Source: Bacillota bacterium
Lineage (GTDB): Bacteria > Bacillota > Clostridia > Christensenellales > UMGS416
Reading direction: 5' to 3'
Assembly: GCA_023421955.1 (NCBI GenBank)
Contig: JAEZSE010000001.1
Span: 13,110-77,109 of the forward strand
DNA length: 64,000 nt
In this document: piece by piece, positions 38,020 through 49,664 of the stretch
How positions within the stretch are numbered: the first letter of the stretch is position 1
How the letters are laid out: every line of letters begins with the position of its first letter
Position numbers and translations under genes: made by a program
Notes under the pieces: model-generated
What the model was told of the DNA's origin: nothing
What the model saw: the letters and a program-made list of their open reading frames with translations, nothing else
Databases searched by the model: none

Positions 38020-38150
38020 GATTTTGGTAGGAGCGGGGCTCTGTACCCGCCCCATCTACTTGCCATTGACTCCTAACTTGCCGCCTGCGGGCGGGAAATC
38101 CCCCCTGACCTCTGCGGAGGTCATCCCCCCTTCATAAGGGAGGGTTTGGA
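38020..38150. repeat. Repeat-family element in the intercistronic gap of the sugar operon
   Basis: GTAG-GAGCGGGG-ctctgtac-CCGCCCC (38027..38054). The reverse complement of 38095..38144 aligns with 30091..30138, with compensatory changes in the central hairpin. Confidence 0.8.
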
Positions 38151-38151
38151 G

Positions 38152-39252
38152 TCACAGCAACTCCACCAGCTTCTCGCACACAAACCCCACGTCTTCATCG
38201 GTCATGTTGGCCGCCGAAGGCAGAGAGATGCCTTGTCGCTCCACCATGGCGGCCACGGGGTTGGCGAAGCGCTGCTCCAACGTTGGGAAGCGGCTCATGC
38301 GGGGGAATGCGGGGCGGGCGTGAATGTTGCAGGATCGTAGGCCGGCCAGGATGGCATCTCGTTGCTGAATGGTATGGCTTGGCAGCAGTATTGATGGATA
38401 GCAATAATTGCTTCGGCAGCCTTCCCGTTCCCGGATGAGCCATATGGCGTCCACATCCTTAAGCCGCCGCTCATATCCGGCAAACAGCGCCCGCTTTTTT
38501 TCCATCAGCTCGTCGGCCCGCTCCAGTTGGGCAAGGGCCAATGACGCGTGCAGGTTGCCCATCGTGTATTGATAGCCGATTTCATCGGACCAGAATACAG
38601 CCTGGCTGTCTGTTCGGCCCATGTTGGAGAGCAGCTTTGCCCGCTCATAAAGGTCATCACTGTCGGTCAGGAAGATACCGCCCTCGCCGCAAACGGCCAT
38701 CTTGGCGCCCTGGAAGCTGAAGCAGGCGATGTCGCCGAAGCTGCCCACCGGTTTGCCTTGATAGGTGGCTCCCAGTGCCGGGGCAGCGTCCTCAATCACA
38801 GCAAGCCCATGCTCACGGGCGATGGACAGGATCGTATCCATATCCGCCGGGTGGCCGAAGGTGTGCACCAGCATGATGGCGCGGGTTTTCGGCGTGATGG
38901 CCTGCCGGATGGCTTCGGGGTCAATGGTCCAGGTGTCCGGCTCGATATCCACCAACACGCAGGTGGCACCGGTGTAGGCGATGGCATAGGCCGTGGCTAC
39001 CCAACTGAAGTCGGTCACGATCACCTCATCACCGGGCCCCAGGCCTAGTGAGGCCACCGCCAGGTGCAGCGCCACAGTGCAGCAATGGGTGGCGATGGCG
39101 TGCTTCACACCGATGCGTTCCGCAAAAGCTTTCTCCAGCCGTTTCACGTAGTTGTCATAGTTCTCATACCAACCGTTCTTCACGGCATCCAGCACATAGC
39201 CCACCTCGTGGTCGGTGATGTCAGGGCCGGCAAAGCTGATCTTGTGATCCAT
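38152..39252 (-). CDS. DegT/DnrJ/EryC1/StrS-family sugar aminotransferase
   Basis: FSFQGAKMAVCGEGG with the catalytic Lys retained. 366 aa. Confidence 0.85.
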   Translation of the reverse strand: MDHKISFAGPDITDHEVGYVLDAVKNGWYENYDNYVKRLEKAFAERIGVKHAIATHCCTVALHLAVASLGLGPGDEVIVTDFSWVATAYAIAYTGATCVLVDIEPDTWTIDPEAIRQAITPKTRAIMLVHTFGHPADMDTILSIAREHGLAVIEDAAPALGATYQGKPVGSFGDIACFSFQGAKMAVCGEGGIFLTDSDDLYERAKLLSNMGRTDSQAVFWSDEIGYQYTMGNLHASLALAQLERADELMEKKRALFAGYERRLKDVDAIWLIREREGCRSNYCYPSILLPSHTIQQRDAILAGLRSCNIHARPAFPRMSRFPTLEQRFANPVAAMVERQGISLPSAANMTDEDVGFVCEKLVELL

Positions 39253-39268
39253 GGCAATCTGTCCTCCC

Positions 39269-40417
39269 TTAATGGTGTTTCAGGCGCTGCAGCCGCTCGC
39301 AGGCTTCGTCCAGCACACGGTCCACCTTGGCAAAGCAAACGCGCACCAGTGTTTCGCCCCGGCCTTCGGTGCAGAAGGCACTGCCGGGCACTACGGCCAC
39401 ACCGGTGGTATTGAGGACGCGCATTGCCTTCTCCTTGGAGGTTTCTCCAGGCACAAAGCTTGCATCAGCCAGGATGTAGTAGGCTCCCTGCGGCACATGG
39501 GGTGAAAATCCAGCAAGCGAAAGACCCTCGCACATCCGGTCGCGCTTGGCCTGATATTGGCTTCGGAGCTGCTCATAATGGATCTGTGGCAGTTCCGGAA
39601 GCACGGAAGCCACAGCGGCTTGCATGGGAGCGGGCGCGCACACATACACCAGATCACTGGCATATCCCACCAGCTTGGCGAGCTCCGGAGCGCAGGAGCA
39701 ATACCCGATGCGCCAACCGGTGATGCTGAAGGTTTTGGAAAATCCGGAGATTGTAACTGTGCGGTCGCGCAGCGCCGGCACCGAGCCGGGGCTGATATGC
39801 CGCTTGCCGTCATAGACGAAATACTCATAGATTTCATCGGTGAACACCAGCAGGTCGTGCCGGATGCAGATATCTGCCAGTCGCTCCAGTTCCTCCTGAG
39901 TGAACACCTTGCCGGTGGGGTTGACGGGGGTGTTCACAAGGATGGCGCGGGTTTGTGGTGTGACAAGGTTCTCCACCTTGTCTGCGTCAAATGTCCAGTC
40001 CGGCGGTGATAACTCTGCTAGAACCGGCTCGATGCCCAGCACCTGCAAGGTGTATAGGTGGTAGCCGTAAAACGGTTCAAACAGGATCATCTGGCTGCCA
40101 GGCTCCAGCAGCGCCATGCAGGCGCTGCAAAACGCACCGGAAGCGCCGCAGGTGACCACGATGCCGCCGTTGGGATCGGCAGCAATGCCGTTGTAGTAGC
40201 GAAGCTTATTGGCGACGGCCTGTTTTAGTTCAGGGATGCCGTCGTGGGCGGTGTAGTGGTTCTGCCCGGCGTGAATTGCGGCGCACGCCTGATCTTTGAG
40301 ACCCGGAGGCAGCGGCATGTCGCAGACGCCCTGCGACAGGTTGATGCCGCCTGCCCGGTCGCAAAGCTCTGTCATGATGCGGATCTCCGACTTGGCCAAT
40401 GCCTGCATGCCGTTCAT
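39269..40417 (-). CDS. Class I/II PLP-dependent aminotransferase (amino-acid/keto-acid type)
   Basis: NTPVNPTGKVF, SGFSKTFSITGWRIGY. ATGA overlap with the upstream gene. Confidence 0.85.
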   Translation of the reverse strand: MNGMQALAKSEIRIMTELCDRAGGINLSQGVCDMPLPPGLKDQACAAIHAGQNHYTAHDGIPELKQAVANKLRYYNGIAADPNGGIVVTCGASGAFCSACMALLEPGSQMILFEPFYGYHLYTLQVLGIEPVLAELSPPDWTFDADKVENLVTPQTRAILVNTPVNPTGKVFTQEELERLADICIRHDLLVFTDEIYEYFVYDGKRHISPGSVPALRDRTVTISGFSKTFSITGWRIGYCSCAPELAKLVGYASDLVYVCAPAPMQAAVASVLPELPQIHYEQLRSQYQAKRDRMCEGLSLAGFSPHVPQGAYYILADASFVPGETSKEKAMRVLNTTGVAVVPGSAFCTEGRGETLVRVCFAKVDRVLDEACERLQRLKHH

Positions 40418-42747
40418 ATTTGTTCTCCTAAGCCAGCCAGTGTCATGTGCAGATATTCGGGGTCATGCTGCTCCACCTCGGCGATGAACCCGTTGCGCAG
40501 GTAAAAGGCAATGGCACGATCGTTGCCGTGCAGCACACGCAGACCGATGGATTGGAGCTTCAGCTCTTGCAGCGCCCAATCGGTCATCGCATGCAGTGCT
40601 TGGGCCATGATGCCGGAATGGCCTTGCTTTTCACCCCGCAGCACGGCATCCACCTCGCAAAACTCTCGGGCGTAATTGAAGCTGGATAGCCCAATATGGC
40701 CCACCGGCTCTCCGTCCGGCCCTGTGATCAGGAAGAGCAGCCTGTCCTCTCGGTTCAGCACCTGTTGATCCAGCCAGAGGGCAGTGCTTTCCTCCGTAGC
40801 GGTGAACGGCGCGGCAGAGAGTGCATCCTGGTTTTCGTTGCGCCACCGGCAAAGCAATGTATCCAAACCGGGCAGTGTTTCCCGCCAATCCATCGTGATA
40901 GGCCGCAGCCATCCCTTCAATGCTCCGCCGTCAACATGGATGGGCAGCAGCGACAGCGGGTCGGCGGGGCATTTGCGCTTCATGCGCTTAAATGAAGAAA
41001 CCACAGATTTCCGGAAGAGATCTTCAGATTGATCTGGCGGTGCTTGCCAGGGCTCCACCAGAATGAGCGATTGAAACAAGTCTTTATCGAGCGGTGGGTC
41101 CTGCTCCTCAATGGGCTTGTGCACCAAAAGCTTGGGTGTAATGGGCATGTCTTGCGGCAACATGACCTCGACGAGCGTCGGGCCATCGGCTTCCAGCGCC
41201 GCCCGGAGTGCTTTGATATTGTCCATTCCGATCCGCACCGACGGGATGCCATACGCCTGCGCCACGGCGGCAAAAACCGGCGCGGCATAGCCATCCACCG
41301 TGGCGGCAAACCGGCTGTCGAAGTACTGTTGCTGGAACTGGCGGATCATGCCCAGGCAACCATTATTGAGCACCACAATCTTTACGGGAATGCCTTCCCG
41401 GTGCACCAACGCCAGCTCCTGGATGTTCATCTGCATACCGCCGTCGCCGGCGATGGCAAGGGGGGTGGGGCACCCCGCATACCACGCCCCGATGGCTGCC
41501 GGCAGCGCGAAGCCCATGGAACCCATTCCACCGGTGGTCAGGATCCGCTGCCCTCCGGAAACCCGCAGATGCCTTGCTGCCCACATTTGGTTGCCGCCCA
41601 CATCCAGGCAGGCCGCGCCATCCATGGGCAGCCAACTGGTCACGGTGTCCAGTATGGCAACCGGGCCGCTGGGCTCCTCCGGCAGGCTGGCGCGGCACTG
41701 GTCAACCCACCCCAGCCAGTCATAGGTGTTTATTTGGATGCGGCTTTGGATACTGTTCAGCCGGGTGAGGAATTCCTTGATGTCTGTCTTGACCGCCAAT
41801 TCCTCCGGCTTGACTTTACGGTTCAGCTCGTGCTCATCCAGATCCACGCGAATGAGCCGTGCGGCGCGGGCAAAGCTCTCTGGCTCTGTACCGGTCTGGC
41901 GGCTGTCCAGCCTCGCACCGAGGGCAAGGATCAAGTCGCTGTTTGCCAGGGCCATGTTTGCAAGGCGGTGGCCGTAGGTGCCGGCCATGCCCAGCCACAG
42001 CGGGGAATGGTTATCAAAGCTGTCGCGGCCCATCAATGTGGTCACCACAGGGAGCCGCAGCGCTTCAGCAAGCTCCGCAAGCGCACTTGTTGCCCCGGCC
42101 AGCCGCACCCCTCCGCCGGAGAGGATCACAGGCCGCTTGTAGCCGTTGAGCGCGCGGATCACAGGATCCAGCTGCAAGTGTTCTTTGTCCAGCTGTGGTG
42201 GCTGATAGCCATCCAACAAACCTGGTTCCACTTCCGCCCGCTGCATATCCATCGGCAGGTCCAGCAGCACCGGCCCCGGCCTGCCGCTTGTGGCGGTGTG
42301 AAGCGCCTTTTCCAGTTCGAACCGCAGTTTGGCCGGATCATTCACCCTCGCGGCATATTTGGTAATGGGGGCCGCCATGCTCACGATGTCGGTTTCCTGA
42401 AAGCCCCGCTGCCGGAGGGGCAGGTCACCTTTGTATTCGTAGGTATTGACCTGGCCAGTGAGGTAGAGGCAGGGGATCGAGTCAAACCATGCGCTGCCGA
42501 TGCCGGTGAGCAGGTTGGTGGCGCCGGGGCCGCTGGTTGCCATTGCCACGCCCACGCTGTTTTTCCATCGGGTATAACCTTCGGCTGCAAAGGCTGCCCC
42601 CTGCTCGTGATATGTGCCCACAAACTGGATGCCTGGCAGCTTTGCAATGGAGTCGATCAGGTGGGTGATCGCACCGCCGGGCACGCCAAACACATGGGTG
42701 ACACCAGCATCCCGCAGAAAGCAGGCCACATAGTCCGATGCTTTCAT
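40414..42747 (-). CDS. ThDP-dependent acetolactate-synthase/YerE-like enzyme fused to a C-terminal GNAT acetyltransferase domain
   Basis: N-terminus HVFGVPGGAI, ThDP motif GDGGMQMNIQEL..VVLNNG. The last ~180 aa are GNAT-like (VGHIGLSSF..EVDAVLRGEK..RAIAFYLRNGF). Start at MKASDY gives an ATGA overlap with rfbG. Confidence 0.8.
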   Translation of the reverse strand: MKASDYVACFLRDAGVTHVFGVPGGAITHLIDSIAKLPGIQFVGTYHEQGAAFAAEGYTRWKNSVGVAMATSGPGATNLLTGIGSAWFDSIPCLYLTGQVNTYEYKGDLPLRQRGFQETDIVSMAAPITKYAARVNDPAKLRFELEKALHTATSGRPGPVLLDLPMDMQRAEVEPGLLDGYQPPQLDKEHLQLDPVIRALNGYKRPVILSGGGVRLAGATSALAELAEALRLPVVTTLMGRDSFDNHSPLWLGMAGTYGHRLANMALANSDLILALGARLDSRQTGTEPESFARAARLIRVDLDEHELNRKVKPEELAVKTDIKEFLTRLNSIQSRIQINTYDWLGWVDQCRASLPEEPSGPVAILDTVTSWLPMDGAACLDVGGNQMWAARHLRVSGGQRILTTGGMGSMGFALPAAIGAWYAGCPTPLAIAGDGGMQMNIQELALVHREGIPVKIVVLNNGCLGMIRQFQQQYFDSRFAATVDGYAAPVFAAVAQAYGIPSVRIGMDNIKALRAALEADGPTLVEVMLPQDMPITPKLLVHKPIEEQDPPLDKDLFQSLILVEPWQAPPDQSEDLFRKSVVSSFKRMKRKCPADPLSLLPIHVDGGALKGWLRPITMDWRETLPGLDTLLCRWRNENQDALSAAPFTATEESTALWLDQQVLNREDRLLFLITGPDGEPVGHIGLSSFNYAREFCEVDAVLRGEKQGHSGIMAQALHAMTDWALQELKLQSIGLRVLHGNDRAIAFYLRNGFIAEVEQHDPEYLHMTLAGLGEQI

Positions 42748-43819
42748 CGGTCGCCTCTCGTTTCCAGCATCCGTGCGCTGTAGTCTTCCATTTGGCGCTG
42801 GCATATTGCTCGTACGTCAGTGCCCTCAAAGCGCCGATACCAATCGGCTGCCCATTTGAGTCCTTCGTCCAGTGAGAGCTGAGGTTTCCACCCCAGCAAT
42901 GCCCTGGCCTTGGTGCAGTCCAGGCTCAACAGTGTGGCTTCATGGGGGTCTGTGGGGCATGAGCAATCAGCCCAGCTTCCGCTGCCCCAAAGCTTCAGGA
43001 ACTGCTCCACTACTGTCTGCACTGGCACGATCGAATCGGCACAGGGGCCGAAGTTCCACGGCCCGGCAAATTTGTCAGGATCATGCAGCAATCTTTGCAT
43101 GAGCGCGAGATAGCCGGACAGTGGCTCCAACACATGCTGCCAGGGCCGCACGGCTTGGGGGCTCCGCACCTCCACGGGCATGCCGGCCCTCAACGCCCGC
43201 ACACAGTCTGGCAGGATGCGGTGGGCAGCCCAATCTCCGCCGCCAATCACGTTTCCAGCCCGGGCCGTGGCAATGGCCTTGCCTGGAAAGGAGCGCCGCC
43301 ACGCTGCTGCGACCAGCTCTGCGCAACCCTTGCTGGCGCTGTAGGGGTCATAACCGCCCATGGGGTCGCATTCGCGGTATCCCCACAGCTGCTCGCGGTT
43401 TTCGTAGCACTTGTCTGAGGTCACGATCACCGCCGCCTGCGTCTCCTCAAACTGCCGCACGCATTCCAGCACATTGACCGTGCCCATCACGTTGGTTTCC
43501 ACCGTCTCGGCAGGCCTGGCGTAAGATTCCCGCACGATGGCCTGCGCTGCAAGGTGAAAGACCATGTCGGGCCGGTATTCGTCAAACACCGCCCGCAATG
43601 CCTTCATGTCGCGGATGTCTCCATGGATGTCGTCTATGAGCTCATCTAGCTTGCAGAGCATGAAATTATCCTGCGGCCCGGTGGGGGGCAGCGCATAACC
43701 CACCACATTGGCCCCCAGTCGGTGCAGCCATAACGCCAGCCACGAGCCCTTGAAGCCCGTGTGACCGGTCACCAGCACCGTCTTGCCCCTGTATACGCCG
43801 CCAAACGGCAGGCCTGCGT

Positions 43820-43838
<19 letters not shown>
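42744..43838 (-). CDS. rfbG: CDP-glucose 4,6-dehydratase
   Basis: VLVTGHTGFKGSWLALWL, YSASKGCAE. About 360 aa. The start could alternatively be 43823. Confidence 0.9.
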
Positions 43839-44590
<752 letters not shown>

Positions 44591-44661
44591 GCTTTGCCTC
44601 CCCGGTTGGTCTGGCCCTGCGGCTTCTTCATGATATGCCGGGGCAGGTGCTGTTGTTCGCT

Positions 44662-44697
44662 CCATCTGCCCCTGATCTGGCTGTGGCAGGCAGATGG
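44662..44697 (-). promoter_or_regulatory. Intercistronic stem-loop (9-bp stem) between the GT2-MT gene and rfbF
   Basis: CCATCTGCC (44662..44670) pairs with GGCAGATGG (44689..44697). Confidence 0.45.
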
Positions 44698-44735
44698 ATA
44701 TCGTTTGATCCAGATTGCGGATCTCCCGAGGGATA

Positions 44736-45983
44736 TCAGCTGCTTGCTGATTTTATAAAGCTCAGATAATAATGGTTGGCCTGTTTTCCAAACCTGGCCC
44801 CCAGGCCATAGAGCACTCCCATTGTTTCAAACAGGATGCCATCGTCCGCCGCTGTGCAGGCCAGCTGGCCGCCGGGGTTCAGCATGCCATACAACATATG
44901 GTAGAAGGCAGGGCGGTCTGAGATCAGCCGCGTGTCGGTCTCCAGTACAATGAAGTCAAACGACTGGCCGGCAAATTGCACAGCTGCATCCTCCGGCGCT
45001 CCTACTTCGCAGCGGTCGCAGATTGTTTTGAGATCGGCCATCTTACCGCGATCCGATGCCAGATAGGAAAGCGTCGCTTGTTTGCAGCCGAAGTACCGGC
45101 AGTTGTTCTTTACATGCAGCGCCGTGGAGCCATAGGATGAGCCGATTCCCAGAATGCTTGCGCTCTGCCCACCATCATAGGTGAGAGTATCCACCATCGT
45201 GCAGTCGATCAGGCCGGCCAAATAAGGGTCCGCGTTGAACTTCGACATGAACAGCCGCAGATTTCGGATTTGCAGGGTTTTGTCCTTTTCATATTCCGCG
45301 TTAAAGGATCGGGCCCCATAATGATGAACGAACGTGTCGCGGGCAAGAATGACCTTGTAGCCCATCCTTCGGATGGAAAAACAGATGGCGTCGTCATCAT
45401 AACAGCCGGGGTTGAAGTCCTCATCGAAGCCGCCTAGCGTTTGCATGATCTCATTGCGGTAAATGCCCAGGTAAGTGGATAGCTTCAGCCGCTCCTCCCA
45501 TTTGCCGGGGTCGCTCACATTGTGGCGTTCGGCATACCGCTGGATAGCCTCCATAGTGGTGCAGCCGATGTTGATTTGCTGGTAGTTGCAGGAGGCGTTG
45601 CACACCGGCACGGCCATGCCCACCCTTGGGTCTGTCTCCAGGATGGCTACCAGGTTGTCCAACCAACGGGCGGTCACCACGATATCGTTGCTCACGTTCA
45701 GCACGTATTTGCCGCGAGCCGCACGGATGCCATGGTTGATCGCCTTATCCACGCCGATATTTTGCGCAAAGCTGATATGCCGGGCTGCGGGCACGCTTTC
45801 CAGATATTCCTTTGTGCCGTCGGTAGAGCCGTTATCCACGGTGATCAGCTCATAATCCAGGTGCGCGGTGTGGCGAAGTATGCTCTCCACGCACTGGCGT
45901 GTGTAGTCCAGATGGTTATACGCCAGCACCACGATGCTGGTCAGCGGCTGCGTTCCACTTTCAGAAACAGAATCATTGTGCAT
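44736..45983 (-). CDS. Family-2 glycosyltransferase fused to a Rossmann methyltransferase-like C-terminal domain (paralogue B)
   Basis: SIVVLAYNHLDYTRQCVESIL..YELITVDNGSTDGT, C-terminal ILGIGSSYGST...FDFIVLE. Collinear with paralogue A along its whole length. Confidence 0.75.
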   Translation of the reverse strand: MHNDSVSESGTQPLTSIVVLAYNHLDYTRQCVESILRHTAHLDYELITVDNGSTDGTKEYLESVPAARHISFAQNIGVDKAINHGIRAARGKYVLNVSNDIVVTARWLDNLVAILETDPRVGMAVPVCNASCNYQQINIGCTTMEAIQRYAERHNVSDPGKWEERLKLSTYLGIYRNEIMQTLGGFDEDFNPGCYDDDAICFSIRRMGYKVILARDTFVHHYGARSFNAEYEKDKTLQIRNLRLFMSKFNADPYLAGLIDCTMVDTLTYDGGQSASILGIGSSYGSTALHVKNNCRYFGCKQATLSYLASDRGKMADLKTICDRCEVGAPEDAAVQFAGQSFDFIVLETDTRLISDRPAFYHMLYGMLNPGGQLACTAADDGILFETMGVLYGLGARFGKQANHYYLSFIKSASS

Positions 45984-46042
45984 GAAAGCCCCTTCCTCTC
46001 TGCCAGCAGTCTATTCCAGGCAACAGAATGTTTGACAATGAA

Positions 46043-46070
46043 ATGGCGGCTGACAAATGTCAACCGCCAT
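46043..46070 (-). terminator. Strong stem-loop just downstream of the collagen-like gene (possible attenuator or mRNA stabiliser)
   Basis: ATGGCGGcTGACAaaTGTCAaCCGCCAT, about 12 bp paired. On the minus strand it is followed by TTCATT, which is only a weak T-tract. Confidence 0.5.
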
Positions 46071-46089
46071 GGCGCGAGCCTTGCGCGTA

Positions 46090-48156
<2,067 letters not shown>

Positions 48157-48328
48157 TTATCATATGTTGGTAGTGGCTGATCTGCCAGCGAGATGGTGTT
48201 GTGATAGATCCATTAACCCATCGCCTCAAATATCTTTGTATATCACCAGCGGATTGTTGATTCGCCTACCATTTCATAGTTGGATGGGATATACTGATAC
48301 CGACTCAAGTCAGCAGGAAGGTCGCAGC

Positions 48329-49615
48329 ATGTCATCCCCGCATTTGTTTACGATGAAACAGGCCAAAACCCAGCACCCGACCTATTTCTGGTTCGTGATG
48401 AGCGGCGTAATGAACGCCATCATGTTTTCACTGTTTAACCCCTTCACGGTGAAATTCCTGGAGCGGATCGGTGGCAGCGACTTCCACATTTCGCTGCTGA
48501 ACTCGTTGCCGGGTTTGGTGGGCGTGGCTGTGAGCCTGCCCGGTGCGTTGTGGCTCACAGGGCGAGGGGGTAAGGCCCTTAAGGCGCTTACGATTGATTT
48601 CACACTGGCCAGTCGGCTGATGCTATTGGCATTGGTGCCGTTGGTGTGGCTGTCGCCGCAGTGGGCACCGATTTGTTGTGTGGTGCTGCTGGCATTGAAA
48701 AACGTGCCCGAATCGATCTCGATGACGGCTTTCCAAGGGCTCACTGGTGACCTTTTCGCGCCGGAAGACCGTTCCACCGCCATCACGCAGCGGAGCCTTG
48801 TCAGCGTGCCTGCCACACTGTTGGTGTCGCTGCTCTCCGGTGTGGCGCTGAGCGTGCTGCCGGGCAATGATGCGCAGCGGCTCACCATGTATCAGGGCTT
48901 CTTCCTGGTCGCGACGGCGGTGGGCGTGGTTGAGGTCGTGATGATGCGGCGCATGGGTGATCCCACCCATGCCGAGGCGGTGGTTGAGGCCCGGCCTCAG
49001 CTGCGCCCGATGCTTGCCTTGCTGTGGCAGAACAAACGGTACATAGCCTATACCGCCGCCTCGCTTGTGTTCTATTTCACCTGGCAGATGGGTTGGCCGC
49101 TCTTCAGCATCTACCAGATCCTGCACCTTGGCGCCAATGAGATGTGGCTAAGCGTGATGAATGTGCTCAGTGCTATCGGCATGTTTGTGGGTTACCGCTT
49201 CTGGAACAAATCGATCCTCCGATGGGGCAACGGGCGCACGGCGGTGTTCGCAACGCTTGGCATGGCGTTGAACCCCGTGTTGATGGTGGTGTTTCCCAAC
49301 CTCTATTGGGTCACCGCCACCAACCTGCTGGCCGGTTTTGTCACCGCCGGCACCTCGACAGTGCTGCTGAACGCGCTGCTGGAGGTTTCGCCGCAGCAAA
49401 ACCGCGTGGTCTATGTGGGTGCCTACAACACACTGGTGAACCTGAGTCTGTGCGTTTCGCCGTTTGCCGCCTATTTCCTGCTGCATTGGACTGGCATCAC
49501 CACGGCGCTGATTGTGGTGAGCGGATTCCGGCTCGTGGGCAGTTTTGCTTTCTGGCTCTACACGCGCAGAAACGACAGGCAATCCACAAATGCACCGTTG
49601 ACAGAGTCAGACTAA
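48329..49615 (+). CDS. MFS transporter
   Basis: About 12 TM segments. Start set at MSSPHLF after AGGAAGG. Divergent from the collagen-like gene. Confidence 0.75.
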   Translation: MSSPHLFTMKQAKTQHPTYFWFVMSGVMNAIMFSLFNPFTVKFLERIGGSDFHISLLNSLPGLVGVAVSLPGALWLTGRGGKALKALTIDFTLASRLMLLALVPLVWLSPQWAPICCVVLLALKNVPESISMTAFQGLTGDLFAPEDRSTAITQRSLVSVPATLLVSLLSGVALSVLPGNDAQRLTMYQGFFLVATAVGVVEVVMMRRMGDPTHAEAVVEARPQLRPMLALLWQNKRYIAYTAASLVFYFTWQMGWPLFSIYQILHLGANEMWLSVMNVLSAIGMFVGYRFWNKSILRWGNGRTAVFATLGMALNPVLMVVFPNLYWVTATNLLAGFVTAGTSTVLLNALLEVSPQQNRVVYVGAYNTLVNLSLCVSPFAAYFLLHWTGITTALIVVSGFRLVGSFAFWLYTRRNDRQSTNAPLTESD

Positions 49616-49664
49616 CGTAGTAGTCTATAGCCGGACGCACTGTTCAGCATGAGGAGGTCCGGCG

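Noticed and set aside
39269-42747. Phosphonate (AEP-type) biosynthesis, suggested by a ThDP decarboxylase-like gene plus an aminotransferase.
   Set aside because: No PEP mutase gene is present. The ThDP enzyme is AHAS/YerE-like in length and motifs rather than phosphonopyruvate-decarboxylase-like. The surrounding genes are CDP-hexose enzymes.
48158-48166. SigK-type promoter for the collagen-like gene as a feature call.
   Set aside because: Only the -10-like CATAtgaTA is present. The expected AC at -35 with 16-17 nt spacing is not there. It is kept only as a remark inside the operon finding.
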